This document shows positions 30,323-41,762 of a stretch of 64,000 bases of DNA, in pieces; the first letter of the stretch is position 1, and the number at the start of each line of letters is the position of its first letter. The notes under the pieces are model-generated. The model saw only the letters and a list, made by a program, of their open reading frames with translations. It did no database searches and was not told the origin of the DNA. The stretch lies in the NCBI GenBank assembly GCA_949878485.1, contig CATLAM010000005.1:23499-87498 (forward strand), written 5' to 3'. The translations under genes were made by a program, and so were the position numbers. Source of the stretch: an uncultured Eubacteriales bacterium. GTDB lineage: Bacteria; Bacillota; Clostridia; Christensenellales; UBA1242.

Positions 30323-33300
30323 TTAAATCAAAGTTGTTTCCACTCTTGTTCCAAAGTCGCTGTCATTCAAAGCATAATTGCAAGAGCCAAAACCATGTGG
30401 AATATTAAGTGTTCCATTATTGACATTACCTGTCATTGTTCCACCTTGATAGTCAACAAGACCAGCGATGTAAACTGTGCAGTTTAAAGCAGTGCTTACA
30501 CCTTCAACATCAATTTCAAGATTGTTTTGACATCCTGAGATGATGGCATTTGCATTGGTTATGCAGATTCCTGCAAGTTGAACAATGTTTTGACCTTGTG
30601 TAATTGACACTTGAATTTTGTTTGTTGTAGGAATGGCATTTGCTGGGTCGAAATTCACAGTATAGCCACTGTAGCCTGTCATGCAGTATAAGATTTTTGC
30701 ATTTGTTTGATTGATAAACGCAATTCCACTTGCAAAAATTACTTGAGAAGAGCCTTTGTCTTCAATAATCATGTCAGTGGAAACAAAGCAGTTAGAAACT
30801 GTGGCTTGTTCTCCAATGTTTTGAGAAACAATTCCGCTGTAAACCATCATTGGACGGCTGTTTGCATTATAACCACTGAAATTGGTGTTGAAACCAACCA
30901 GTTCCACATTGCTTATCATGCCATAGTTGGAAATTGCAAGTCCAGCAATAAGCGAATGAACAGAAATCAACACAGTCTTTTCATCCGAATAATCAGCATC
31001 AATACGCAAATTGGAAATAGATGAATTTATTGATGTTCTTTCAAACAACGATGCTCCATATAAGAAGGTTGTGGAATTGACACCTGCCGTTGGACTCTTT
31101 ACAAAGCCAGTGTCAACATAGACGCTGTATGTCAATGCATCAGTTGCTGTAACTTTGTAAGTGATTTTATGCCCATTTCCATTTACAACACCTTCAAATG
31201 TTCCCTTAAACAAAACACCAGTGAATGGCATGTTTGACAAATCAATGTCAGCCAAAATGTCGAAATAGTTTACACTATTGTCATCTTCGCCTGCTTTGAG
31301 ATAGTCTTCCAATTTAAGACGATGTTGAATGTTTCTAAACTGGTCAGCATTGGCAATTCTGTAAGGTGTTGCTTGAGTTCCATCTCCACCAGCAAACAAG
31401 TTGAACATAACATAGTCGCCGTTGTTGTATTGCAAAACTTCTGATTGAATGTTTGCAGGTCCAAGTTTTACACGAATGTTTAATGTGACATATCCAACAA
31501 CAGTTGGCTTAAATGTTGTGCCTTCGGTTGTGTAATATTTCTTGCCACTTGCACGATAGTCTGCTTCAATGATGTAAACAGGTTTTGAAATCACGCTTGA
31601 AAGCACTCTGTAAAATTCTTCTCTTTCTTCGTCACTGTCAGCATCTTTTACTTTGATTATTGAATAATCTCCATCTGTTTCCACAACTTTTAAAAGTGTG
31701 TTTGCAGAAAGTGCAAATGTGTCAACTGGCACACGGTCAATAAACATATCGCTGACATAAAACTCTTCGCCAAGGTAAGCTATCTTGATGTAACCGCTTC
31801 CCCTTTCCAAGATGTCAAGCACTGTTCCACTTGCCAATTTGTTGTTTTCAATTTCGCTTGGAGTTGTAAGGTTTGCATCATTAAATAATGTGGTTTCTCT
31901 TGAAACAGCATAACCCAACACTTCAGCATCTACACCTTGATTAAGTGAAAGATATCCAGTGTAATTCCATGAAAATTCGCCTTTCGTGGAATCCCAAGCA
32001 ATAGAGTCATTGTTTTGCCATTCAACTCGTTGCAAAGGAATGAAGTCACTTACATCAGAATAAAGCACACTTGTTGCGTTATATTTAACCTTAAATGTTA
32101 AATTGCAACCGCCAGAAACCGAATCAATGATCACATTATATTCGTCATCATACGATTGTTCTGGACTGCTTATTAAATAAATTCTGCTTTTGTTGTATGT
32201 CAAAGTGAATGGATTTCCAGTTGTGTTTATAATGTTGCCATACATATTATAGAATGTCACAACGACTTCATGGTTTTGATTTGATTTGAAATATTCTGAC
32301 AAATCAAGCATATCAACACCACTTCCAACATATTCAATGGAGAAATCGTTGCTTGAAATTGTGTCAAGTTTATTGACTGTAATTTCAACACCCCTTGACT
32401 TGATGACTGAACTGTCTAAGTTTGCACCTGTTGTGGCATAAACCTTAACTTTTTGATTTCCAATTTTCATCTGACCTTTATCTTCATTAAATTTAATCAA
32501 GAATGTTCCGTCTGATTGCAAAATTGGTTTTTCAAATGTTCCTGAAATTTCTTTTCCATCTTCGTCTTCAACAATAAATTTGTAATATAAATCAAAACTA
32601 TCAACAGTCAAACTTGCACCATTTGGCAAATTGTTTGCACTGTAAACCCATTGCAATTTTCCGTCTGAAACTTCAAGAGAAGTAACAGTCTTTAAACGCA
32701 AAATTTGTGACATTGATGAAGAGTCGTTTATTTCACTTAAAAGCACAAATGTTTCTGTTTCAGTTGAAGCATAAACAACATTGCCATAAGCATATCCACC
32801 AGAAATAAGTTCAACAAAGTTGGTGTTTGGTTTGTTTGCTTGTGCATAAAGTGCCAATGCTTGAACAGAAATTTTGATGAAGATTTGTTTGTCAGAATCT
32901 AATATTTCCAACTTGTCTTCAATGTCAGCAAAATCAAGTTCGGCATTCTTTGTGTAAACAGGTTCAACAATTTGTTCTGTGTATTCTGTTGTGGTGTTGT
33001 CATCAGTTTTAGAAATTGAATATTGTTCAATGGAAACCTTATAAATTATTTCCGCTTGGCTTTCCACAGTCAAAATTCCATCTTCTTCTGTTCTTCCTTC
33101 CACACCTGACCATGCAATTCGTCCATTTGTCACTTTCAAGTTTTGAACGCTGTCAAGCATTCTTGCAGAAAGCGATGCTGGAGAACTTTGAAGAGCAATG
33201 GCAGAAAGTGGATTTCCTTGTGCGTTTGTCCAAGAAGATGTGTCAAGTCTGTTGATGTAATAATTTTTGTTGTAACCATTTTCATCTAAGTCAGATTGAT

Positions 33301-36300
33301 CACGAACAAATTTGACATCTTCAACAGTTGACCCAACAGAAATCACTTGGAAATTTTCTGCGTTGACTTCAGTGCTTTTATATCTGTAGTCTTCTTCACC
33401 GTCACGGCCTGCAACATAAAGGAAAGCCCCATTACCTTCAACACTGTTTCCAAGAGTTGAGTCCACTCGTTTGATGTAAATGTCATCATTATTGTTGTTG
33501 TAAATCATATATTGGAAGAAACTTCCGTCGCTGTAACTTGAATTATATCTTGTTCTGTTGCCATTTTGTGTTTCATCAATGCTGATGTAACCAAGATAAT
33601 TGGTAAGTTTTGGAGAAGCAAGTTTATAGACATTGTCAATTTCAAATATGTCACTGTCCACCATAATGTTGTTGTCCACAACATCACTGCCTGCTACGAC
33701 AAACTTAATGTAACTGTATGTTCCTTCACCTTTTCCGTTAAGGCTGTAAGTTGCATAAGAATTTTCTGTCACGATTTCTTCTGTCATTTCAGAACCACGA
33801 AGAGTCCGATACATAACAGTGATGTTTCTGTTAAGTTGAGTTGTCCAACTTAAAACTCCGTCAGAGATTGCAAAATCATCGCCAAAACTTAAAAGTATAA
33901 GTTTGAAATATTCTGATTTTGATGACAAAGAGTTTTCATTACCAACAGCATAAATTTGCATTCCATAGATTGTTCTTGGCACTAAATCTCCATAAACACC
34001 CAAAATGGAATCTCCGTTATTTTGATTGATGTAAAACATCAAATATTCGCCAAGAGTTACTTTGTTTCCGTTTTTGTCAGATTGATAAACCGAAATGGAT
34101 TTGCTTGTGTCGAAAGTTGATGTATCTGTGTTTGAAGACAAATAATGAAGTCTGAAATCTCCACTGAAATTGTCAATTGAGAAAGCATAAATTTTGCCAT
34201 TGTCACTTTCAGATTTTGTGGCAAGTTGAAGCACATATTGATTGGCATCTACTGCAGTGTAAGCACCATCAACATAATCAAAAACTTTTTCTTTCTTGAC
34301 AATCACCTTATAACTGTTTGTAACTGAATCAATCTTTTCGCGTCTTGCTGTTACGTTTGTTTCACCATTTACATAAAGGGAATTTCCACCATCAATATTG
34401 TCGTTTACAAAAGTCATCCAAGTTGAATTTAATGAAGAAGATCCACCAAGCAAACAATAAGTAATGGCATATTCGCCCGCTTGAATTTTTTCAAAGTAAG
34501 AGTCAAACAAGATGTTTTCGTTTGCCACACCATGACTGCCATTTTGAATGAAATCCATAAAATCGTCAAGTGTGCGTTTATAACTTTCGGTTGTTGCACC
34601 TTGTGACCATTCTTGCAATGTTGCAATGATGTCGTAAGTGTCATTGTTATCCGCAAATTCTGCAAGATTTGTCAAAAGGTCTTTTGCATTTACATCAACA
34701 GATTGAGTGCGATTTGTTTCATTTGAAATGAATGTCATTCGCAACACAACTTGCCCATTTAAAAGTGAAGCAAGTTTAAATGTGAATGGATAAGTCCAAG
34801 TTGTTTCAATTAATGTTTTTGCACGCTCTTCAAATGTGAGATCTGAATTTCTGTTTTCTGTGATGAATTTATAAATGTTGTTTGTTGCATCACCACTTAC
34901 ATTGTCATAGTCAATCGTGAAACTTCCACCTGAAAGTTTTAATTTGCCTGAAAGTTGGTTTTTAATGACTGGTTCTTCTGAAACAGCATATTTGCTTGAA
35001 GCCAAAACAAATGGATCTGCACTTACACCTTGAATTTCAATAAAGCAGTTTTGTCCTCCAAATTTAGAAGCGTCAAAAACAGTTTGATTACCCACTTCAA
35101 ATCGGCTGTAACTTTCAGTTTTGTTTCCATTGTCATCGACTGAATAGAAATAAATGTAATAACCTTCTGCGTTAACCGCATCCCCTGCACTCCATTCAAT
35201 GTTTCCGCCAGAAAGTGTGGCATAAGAAACAGGTGCAAGTCTGACAAAATCAAAACCAGAAAGCCAATCCGTAACAATAAACATTTGTTGTAATAAGTTA
35301 AATCTAACTCTTAAAAATTCAATTGAGATGTTTCCTGTAATGTCATTAAGTTCATCTTCTTCAAACATCTTAACCAAATCAATTACATAATAGTCTTGGT
35401 TATCATAGTAAGGATAATCTACTTTAAGTTTAGTTACATCCACAAATCTATATGCAGTTGCATCAGCATACTGAACATCAATAACATTTCCGCGTTCGTC
35501 ATAAATGTAAGTAGTTTCCACATAGTCAATCTTGACATTTATTCCAAGTGTTTGAGAATTTAACATATTGTCATTCTTTTCAAACAACACAAATGTATTG
35601 GCGTTATCAACAGGCTCTGCATTGTTTCCAAGTTTGTCAACCTTGACAAATCCTACATCATCAGATAAGGCAATGTCAAAGCCAAAAGCGTCAGAAACAA
35701 CATAAGTAAGTCCGCCTGCATCATTTTCCAAAGTCCAGAAATAAACTGTTATTTTGCCTGCAGTGTAATCTACTCCAAGTTCTTTCAAAACTGCAAGCAT
35801 ATCTGAAAGCGGATATGCATAACTGCGTCTTGTTGTGTCTGGTGTTGTTGAATCTCCGTCAGCATTTCCGCATTCTTTAAGTTTTTCAGCATCCAAACTT
35901 ACAACTCTCTGAGAATATACTGCATTTTCTTCAACTCCTACCAAAACTTTTGAAAGGTTGGCAAATGTAGATTGCCCCATTTCTAAGATGATGCTTGTGG
36001 CGTCGGTTTGGTCATATCTTACATTTAAAATAGGATTAGACTTTCCAAATCTGGTTGTAGAAAGTGATGATGTCCAGAAATAAGAGTCAAAAACAAAATT
36101 TGTTGCACTTTCTGTGATTGTTGTTCCAGAATTGTCCGCACTGCCAAGAATGATTATTTCAACATTAAAAGCAATGGCAGAATCAATTTCAAGTTCTGAT
36201 GTGTCAAGAGTTGTTTCTGTTGTTTGTGCAGTCACTTTTTTCCAGTCTTGAACAACCGCATTTCCACTTACAAATCTGTAAAGGTAAGAATAGTTTGGCA

Positions 36301-39300
36301 AAGTTTCCAAAGTCACTGTTCCAAATTCTTCTGAAACTTGCACGCTTTGGTAACTTAAGTTGTTTGGTCTTAAATAAGCATAGAATGTGTAAGCCTGAGA
36401 ATTGCTTGTGCCATCTTTTCCAACTGAAATTATTTCAAATTTGGCGTCAATATCAGTTGTGCCAACTGTTAAATTAACATTTTCAAAATCATTATAATTT
36501 GCCCAGAAAAGTTGAGAAAGTGTGTTGACATTTGATGTAGTGGTTGTCGAGAAGATAAGTTTTCCATTTACATTGTTGTAAACTCTGAAAATATATTCGC
36601 TGACATTTGTCACACTGTTCCATTCAATGTTAAGTTCACTTTGGTTTGTTTCATCTCTTGAAATTTCAACTTGGCTGATTTTTTCGGCTCTGTTAATTTG
36701 GAAAGTCAAGTTGTTTGTCCAAGAGTTGACATAGACATTTATAACGCCTTCATTTTCAGTTTGTTTTTGTTTAGCATAAATGCTTAATGAATATTCACCT
36801 TCATCTATCCAAACAGCAGGGAATTCAAAATAGAAGTTGTCATCTTTTGTGATTTCTTTTGTTTCAAAAGAATATTCGCCAACTTTATAAGAAACCACAA
36901 ACACAATGTCATCTGAAAGTGTCTTGCCAGTTGCAGGAAGAATTTGGAAACCGCCCGCATCAGCGCGATAGTGAATGTCGTCATAAGTTGTGCTTTCGTC
37001 ATAATTATCTGTTGTTGCCACGCCACCTAAAACAATGATGTTTTCTGTGATGTCTGTTGAAACTTTGTTTTTGCAAGCCAAAATATAGTTTCCATTTCCA
37101 GAATAACTGTTTATAAACGCTTCCACGCTTATGCTTGCACCACTTTGCAAATTGGTTTTAATAAAGTCAGTTAAATCGCAAGTAATTGAGTTTGTCACTG
37201 TTGTGACATCATAATTTAAGAAATAAATTTTATTTGTAGTTTTGTCAGTAACTTTCAAAACAACTCCACCTAAAACATATTCAGGAGCATTGTCCATAAA
37301 AGTAACTGTAACTTTATGAGTTGTAAATTCATTGCCGTTTTCCAGCACAGTTTCAAATTCAACACTGCGAACTTGTTTCGCCATGTAAACATCTTTACTT
37401 CCAATTGTGGATGGCAAGTTTACATTTGATGTTGCCAAAATTTCTAAGATAAGATTTTCATCTGGTTGAACAAAAGCATAATCTGTTGCATTTAATGTAA
37501 ATTCAAAAACACCAGTTGTCTTTTCTGAAACAGCAACATTCAACTGTGTTCTTTCTGATGTTGAAGTGGAAGAAACAAAAACTTTGAAATTGTCATTTCC
37601 AGCACCACTTTGGAAATCATAATCACCTTCAAAGGTAATCTTAACATCAGGCTTTTCAACTTTGCTGTTGTTTGTTCCGTTGTCGAATGTAATGTTTGTA
37701 ATGTTTGGAACATTCAGTTTTTTGTTTGTTATTTTCTGATAAACATAATGATTAAATTCTTGCTTGCCATTTAAAAGTGTCTGTAAATCAGCAAAATAAA
37801 TCACACCATTCTTGTTTGTGCTGTATCTTGAAAGATTTGCACTTACTTGGATTTCAATATCGCCAGCACTAAGCTTTGACAAATCTTTATATATTTGTGA
37901 TTTATCATTAAGTTCTACGCTGACAGTGTTGCCATCAATTTTATAAGTTGATGTTTCTGCTGTAACTCCATTCTTGTCTTTAAAAATTAAAACATAATGC
38001 AAATTCTCGCCAAAGTTTCCAGCAAACTTATCCCAACTTATAACTTCGTTTGCAAACCTAAGTTGTGGAACATTGTCGTTTGCCACAGTGTCTAAAGATT
38101 TAAGTGTCCAACTGCTTTGCAAACTGTCTATGTAATATGTTGCAATGTTTGTCACATCATTTAAACTGTTTTCTTTTGCCACAACCTTGACAGTGTATTC
38201 GCCTTCTCCTGCAACAGGAATTGCAAAGTTACCGTTGTTTTCAACAGCGTAATCTTGTGCAACACCTTTGACAGTCACAACAACCTTTTGTGCATATCCT
38301 GCATCAGCAACACTTGCAGTAAGTTTGTTTTCATTTAAAGACAAAGTGTCAACAGATTTAAGTCTGTAAACAATTAAATTGTTTGAAATGCTTGTCCCAA
38401 GATAATGTGGTTGTGTGGCTGTTAAGTAAAAGTTGTAGAACACGCCTGCTTGATAATCTTGTGCTTTCAAAGTTATGTATGCAAATTTTTTCTCTGAAAC
38501 GATTTCATAATTAACAGCAAAGTCTGTCACTTCTTCGAAACTTGTGTTTCCAGCATTGACGAATAATTTGTAATTAACATTGGAAATTTCCAAACTTGAA
38601 GTTTCCAAAACTTGCCATGATAGTTTAAAGTTTTCGTCTTCTTCCACAAAATTGAACTTCAATTCTGCTTCTGGCAATTTTTCCAACTGTGTTTCAACTG
38701 AGTTTCTTGATGAAATAAGATATTTTTCTGTAATTGAGTCATATTGTTTAAAACTTACAAACAATGAAAACTTAGGATTGTTCATCTGTCTGTAACATGC
38801 TTCCAATTTTGCATTGTCATAGATTGCTGTTTCAATTGCATTGAAATCAATCGTGTTTGCCGACAAATCAATAAAGTCTTGCATTCTTCCAAGCACAATT
38901 TTTTCATTGCTTCCGCCAATTGTGGCAGTAACTGTTCCGTCAAACTTAATTGCAATCAAAAAGTTTGTGTTGTTTGCGTTTTTATAAGCAATTTCCAAAA
39001 CATAATTATATTCACTTGCAGGAATTCCGTTTGCTGTGAAATTAAATTTTCCATTTTCATATACAAGTTGTTCTGGCTTTGCAATTCTTGAGAAAGCAAT
39101 TGTCTTAGACCCTTCATCACAATTAAGGAAAACTTTGTTGTTTTGAACATCATAAATTCCATTAACCAAATCACTGCCAACAAATTCAAAAGTCAAATTA
39201 AATTCATCAGCACCAACTCCTGAAACATCAAGAGTTGCTTTGGTGTTTTTTGCACTTGTTTTGTTGCTTGCATCATAAGTGATTTTGGATGTTATTCCAT

Positions 39301-41710
39301 CTTTATAAGGCACTAAACTGATTGAATAGCCATGGTCATCTTCAACCAAAACATCGTCAGCAGTTACGTTTCGAAGTTTTTCCACACCCAAACTGTAACT
39401 GTCAGATGGTCTTAATGTTGAGTCACTGGCATTTGCAGTGACTGTAACTGTGACATCAGTGTCCTGCGTGAAGAATGCTTTATTTAAAGTGTAATCATCA
39501 TAACTTTCACCACTTGCCACCAAAGTTTCATCTTCTTGACCTGTAACACTGATTGTGTATGTTTTTACATTGCTGTCTTTGTTGAAAATTCTTAAAAATA
39601 TACTACTTCCGTTGTTTCGCAACTGAACATCCCCGATTGTTACTTTTTCGGAAACATGGAAATTTCTTTCCAAAGCAACTGCAGAAGAAATGTAAAGATT
39701 TTCACTTGCAGTGTCTGCAACTGCATATACGCGAACGATGTAATAACCGACTTTATTAAAACGATGTCGTGTTTCAGTTGTCACTGTGCTTGTCTTTTCA
39801 AATAAACTTAAATCATTGTTTTCAAAAATGTCTTTGTTGTTGGTGTAATAAATTTCCACACTATATTTATCTGCGTTTTCCACTGCATTCCAGACAAAAA
39901 CTCCATTTTGTGGATTTCCAGTTTCAGGAGCAGTTGGTTGACCAAGAAGTGTCAATGTCTTGTTTGCAGAAGAACTTATTGATGTTTCACTTTCTGTCGT
40001 GTTTGCAACAATTTTAAATTCAAACTCGTTGTCAATTGCTTCAAACAAAGTTTCCACTCTGCCGTTTAAAACAAAAGTTACAACTTTATTTAAAACTGAA
40101 ACAGAAGAAATCTTGTTTTCTTCAACTGCTTCAAAATTTGTGCCATTGAAGTGCAAAATTTTATAACTGTTTTGGTCAGCAAAATCAACTTCGCTGAAAG
40201 TCAAAACTGAATTTCCGTTTTCGTATTTGTGCATAACAAGTCCGACAGAGCCAACTTTTGTCAAAACAACATCTTCACTTGCGTTTGAGTTGATTACATA
40301 GACCATGTTTCCGTCAATGCTTGATGTTGCACTTTTTGATTGCAAAACACCAGAAAGTCTGTATTGTCCACTGACATTTGCTGTCCAAGAAAATCCGTTT
40401 TTAAAGTTGTCAAAAAGTTGAGAATCATCTTTTGAAGAAACTTTTAAAGATGTTTCCACAACTGCTGTATTTTCAACCGCCACATTAAATGCCGTTCCAT
40501 TTTCAGTGTTTTCGCCTTTGCCAGACAAAACAACTGCTGGAAGTTTGTAAACTTTGCCAAAGTTGGCGGGATTGCTTTTAAAATAATGTCTTGTTTCGTC
40601 ACGATTTTCAGCAACTACACTTATGTCATAAACGCCACCCTTTAAAAAGTCCAAAGTAGTCAAAATGTCTTGTCCAACATTTTCTAAATCAAATTCCAGT
40701 TTTCCGACAACTGCGTTTTGGGCAATCACTTTAAAGTTTTCCACGCTTTGGTTGGATTTAATCAAAATTTGTCCACCATTTGTCATTGTGAAATCGTTGG
40801 AAACAACAGGAGTTGCAAGTTTTGTAATCACGAAGTTTTCACTTGCCATTTCATATTTCACACCATTTTTGTCGAAAACCGTAACTGTCACATCATAGTC
40901 GCCATTGTTTGCGTCACTTAAATATCTTGTAAGATCAACTGCATTTGTTGTTATGTATCCGTTTGCATCAGCCCCTGCCAAATCAGAAAGCAAAGCACCA
41001 TTAAGTCTGACAGTGAACTTAGCATCTTCAATTTCTTGCCAAGTCAAAACACCAGTGTCAAAATTCCAAACAAAATCTTTTTCTTTGATTTTTTGCATAT
41101 AGCCATAATAAACTGGTTCGCTTGTTGCAAATTCACTGGCATCAAAATATTCGTGTGTGTTGGCTTTAACTTTGAAATTGTAAACACCAGATTTAAAACC
41201 TGTCATATCCAACTGATTTGTGAAAACAACTTGACTGCCATTTTCTTTTTCATTGCCAGCACCATTATAATCCCATTCAACTGTGTAAGAACTTGCCACA
41301 GTGTGAGTTGCTTCGCCTTCATACCAACCAGTAACTGTGTTCCAAACCAAGTTGCCATCAGCAAAACGAATCGAACTTGGTGCATCGAATTGTTTTCTTA
41401 CAACCACCTGCATGGATGTAAGATTGCTTTCTTCATAAAAAGCATAGACCTTTGACTTGCCTGATGCTTTGGCTTTAATTTTATGTCCATTTATTTCAAA
41501 TAAGGAAGAATCAGAAAAACGATATGTAAGTTCATCTTTACTCACACCCGTAATTTGCAAATATTCGTCTAAATCAATTTGTTCGCCAATTGAAACAATT
41601 CGTTCGTTTTCAGAAAACTGTGCTTCTGGTTTCTTGAAAGAGCATGCACAAAATAAGGTTGCCAGAAGGGTTACGCAAATTGACATGAAAACAATGCTAA
41701 ACTTTTTCAT
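30323..41710 (-). CDS. Giant (3795 aa) surface lipoprotein with Big_2-like, many FN3-like, two SH3b-like and a C-terminal GLUG-like beta-helix module
   Basis: One uninterrupted 11.4-kb ORF. Lipoprotein-type signal MKKFSIVFMSICVTLLATLFCAC, with GGGGA upstream. At least 10 FN3-like motifs (GNLVWNTV..YTVEWD, GVFVWNAVENADKYSVEIYY, NIEWNSVTNVSEYIFRVY, GNIEWSAGDAVNAEGYYIYFY, DGKLQWVY...). SH3b-like segments GTVLDILERGSGYIKIAYLGEEFYV and LLKVVETDGDYSIIKV. The C-terminus has TPYRIANADQFRNI...FKGTFEGVVNGNGHKI followed by degenerate GLUG repeats. Confidence 0.85.
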   Translation of the reverse strand: MKKFSIVFMSICVTLLATLFCACSFKKPEAQFSENERIVSIGEQIDLDEYLQITGVSKDELTYRFSDSSLFEINGHKIKAKASGKSKVYAFYEESNLTSMQVVVRKQFDAPSSIRFADGNLVWNTVTGWYEGEATHTVASSYTVEWDYNGAGNEKENGSQVVFTNQLDMTGFKSGVYNFKVKANTHEYFDASEFATSEPVYYGYMQKIKEKDFVWNFDTGVLTWQEIEDAKFTVRLNGALLSDLAGADANGYITTNAVDLTRYLSDANNGDYDVTVTVFDKNGVKYEMASENFVITKLATPVVSNDFTMTNGGQILIKSNQSVENFKVIAQNAVVGKLEFDLENVGQDILTTLDFLKGGVYDISVVAENRDETRHYFKSNPANFGKVYKLPAVVLSGKGENTENGTAFNVAVENTAVVETSLKVSSKDDSQLFDNFKNGFSWTANVSGQYRLSGVLQSKSATSSIDGNMVYVINSNASEDVVLTKVGSVGLVMHKYENGNSVLTFSEVDFADQNSYKILHFNGTNFEAVEENKISSVSVLNKVVTFVLNGRVETLFEAIDNEFEFKIVANTTESETSISSSANKTLTLLGQPTAPETGNPQNGVFVWNAVENADKYSVEIYYTNNKDIFENNDLSLFEKTSTVTTETRHRFNKVGYYIVRVYAVADTASENLYISSAVALERNFHVSEKVTIGDVQLRNNGSSIFLRIFNKDSNVKTYTISVTGQEDETLVASGESYDDYTLNKAFFTQDTDVTVTVTANASDSTLRPSDSYSLGVEKLRNVTADDVLVEDDHGYSISLVPYKDGITSKITYDASNKTSAKNTKATLDVSGVGADEFNLTFEFVGSDLVNGIYDVQNNKVFLNCDEGSKTIAFSRIAKPEQLVYENGKFNFTANGIPASEYNYVLEIAYKNANNTNFLIAIKFDGTVTATIGGSNEKIVLGRMQDFIDLSANTIDFNAIETAIYDNAKLEACYRQMNNPKFSLFVSFKQYDSITEKYLISSRNSVETQLEKLPEAELKFNFVEEDENFKLSWQVLETSSLEISNVNYKLFVNAGNTSFEEVTDFAVNYEIVSEKKFAYITLKAQDYQAGVFYNFYLTATQPHYLGTSISNNLIVYRLKSVDTLSLNENKLTASVADAGYAQKVVVTVKGVAQDYAVENNGNFAIPVAGEGEYTVKVVAKENSLNDVTNIATYYIDSLQSSWTLKSLDTVANDNVPQLRFANEVISWDKFAGNFGENLHYVLIFKDKNGVTAETSTYKIDGNTVSVELNDKSQIYKDLSKLSAGDIEIQVSANLSRYSTNKNGVIYFADLQTLLNGKQEFNHYVYQKITNKKLNVPNITNITFDNGTNNSKVEKPDVKITFEGDYDFQSGAGNDNFKVFVSSTSTSERTQLNVAVSEKTTGVFEFTLNATDYAFVQPDENLILEILATSNVNLPSTIGSKDVYMAKQVRSVEFETVLENGNEFTTHKVTVTFMDNAPEYVLGGVVLKVTDKTTNKIYFLNYDVTTVTNSITCDLTDFIKTNLQSGASISVEAFINSYSGNGNYILACKNKVSTDITENIIVLGGVATTDNYDESTTYDDIHYRADAGGFQILPATGKTLSDDIVFVVSYKVGEYSFETKEITKDDNFYFEFPAVWIDEGEYSLSIYAKQKQTENEGVINVYVNSWTNNLTFQINRAEKISQVEISRDETNQSELNIEWNSVTNVSEYIFRVYNNVNGKLIFSTTTTSNVNTLSQLFWANYNDFENVNLTVGTTDIDAKFEIISVGKDGTSNSQAYTFYAYLRPNNLSYQSVQVSEEFGTVTLETLPNYSYLYRFVSGNAVVQDWKKVTAQTTETTLDTSELEIDSAIAFNVEIIILGSADNSGTTITESATNFVFDSYFWTSSLSTTRFGKSNPILNVRYDQTDATSIILEMGQSTFANLSKVLVGVEENAVYSQRVVSLDAEKLKECGNADGDSTTPDTTRRSYAYPLSDMLAVLKELGVDYTAGKITVYFWTLENDAGGLTYVVSDAFGFDIALSDDVGFVKVDKLGNNAEPVDNANTFVLFEKNDNMLNSQTLGINVKIDYVETTYIYDERGNVIDVQYADATAYRFVDVTKLKVDYPYYDNQDYYVIDLVKMFEEDELNDITGNISIEFLRVRFNLLQQMFIVTDWLSGFDFVRLAPVSYATLSGGNIEWSAGDAVNAEGYYIYFYSVDDNGNKTESYSRFEVGNQTVFDASKFGGQNCFIEIQGVSADPFVLASSKYAVSEEPVIKNQLSGKLKLSGGSFTIDYDNVSGDATNNIYKFITENRNSDLTFEERAKTLIETTWTYPFTFKLASLLNGQVVLRMTFISNETNRTQSVDVNAKDLLTNLAEFADNNDTYDIIATLQEWSQGATTESYKRTLDDFMDFIQNGSHGVANENILFDSYFEKIQAGEYAITYCLLGGSSSLNSTWMTFVNDNIDGGNSLYVNGETNVTARREKIDSVTNSYKVIVKKEKVFDYVDGAYTAVDANQYVLQLATKSESDNGKIYAFSIDNFSGDFRLHYLSSNTDTSTFDTSKSISVYQSDKNGNKVTLGEYLMFYINQNNGDSILGVYGDLVPRTIYGMQIYAVGNENSLSSKSEYFKLILLSFGDDFAISDGVLSWTTQLNRNITVMYRTLRGSEMTEEIVTENSYATYSLNGKGEGTYSYIKFVVAGSDVVDNNIMVDSDIFEIDNVYKLASPKLTNYLGYISIDETQNGNRTRYNSSYSDGSFFQYMIYNNNNDDIYIKRVDSTLGNSVEGNGAFLYVAGRDGEEDYRYKSTEVNAENFQVISVGSTVEDVKFVRDQSDLDENGYNKNYYINRLDTSSWTNAQGNPLSAIALQSSPASLSARMLDSVQNLKVTNGRIAWSGVEGRTEEDGILTVESQAEIIYKVSIEQYSISKTDDNTTTEYTEQIVEPVYTKNAELDFADIEDKLEILDSDKQIFIKISVQALALYAQANKPNTNFVELISGGYAYGNVVYASTETETFVLLSEINDSSSMSQILRLKTVTSLEVSDGKLQWVYSANNLPNGASLTVDSFDLYYKFIVEDEDGKEISGTFEKPILQSDGTFLIKFNEDKGQMKIGNQKVKVYATTGANLDSSVIKSRGVEITVNKLDTISSNDFSIEYVGSGVDMLDLSEYFKSNQNHEVVVTFYNMYGNIINTTGNPFTLTYNKSRIYLISSPEQSYDDEYNVIIDSVSGGCNLTFKVKYNATSVLYSDVSDFIPLQRVEWQNNDSIAWDSTKGEFSWNYTGYLSLNQGVDAEVLGYAVSRETTLFNDANLTTPSEIENNKLASGTVLDILERGSGYIKIAYLGEEFYVSDMFIDRVPVDTFALSANTLLKVVETDGDYSIIKVKDADSDEEREEFYRVLSSVISKPVYIIEADYRASGKKYYTTEGTTFKPTVVGYVTLNIRVKLGPANIQSEVLQYNNGDYVMFNLFAGGDGTQATPYRIANADQFRNIQHRLKLEDYLKAGEDDNSVNYFDILADIDLSNMPFTGVLFKGTFEGVVNGNGHKITYKVTATDALTYSVYVDTGFVKSPTAGVNSTTFLYGASLFERTSINSSISNLRIDADYSDEKTVLISVHSLIAGLAISNYGMISNVELVGFNTNFSGYNANSRPMMVYSGIVSQNIGEQATVSNCFVSTDMIIEDKGSSQVIFASGIAFINQTNAKILYCMTGYSGYTVNFDPANAIPTTNKIQVSITQGQNIVQLAGICITNANAIISGCQNNLEIDVEGVSTALNCTVYIAGLVDYQGGTMTGNVNNGTLNIPHGFGSCNYALNDSDFGTRVETTLI

Positions 41711-41762
41711 AAGAATTCCCCTTATTTTTCCTTAGCAAAAATTACTTGTCCAATCTAAAAAT

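Noticed and set aside
30707-41735. Plus-strand and alternative-frame ORFs inside the 3795-aa gene (for example 41036-41455, 30707-31024)
   Set aside because: Same reasoning: these are shadow ORFs of a long, clearly coding minus-strand frame.
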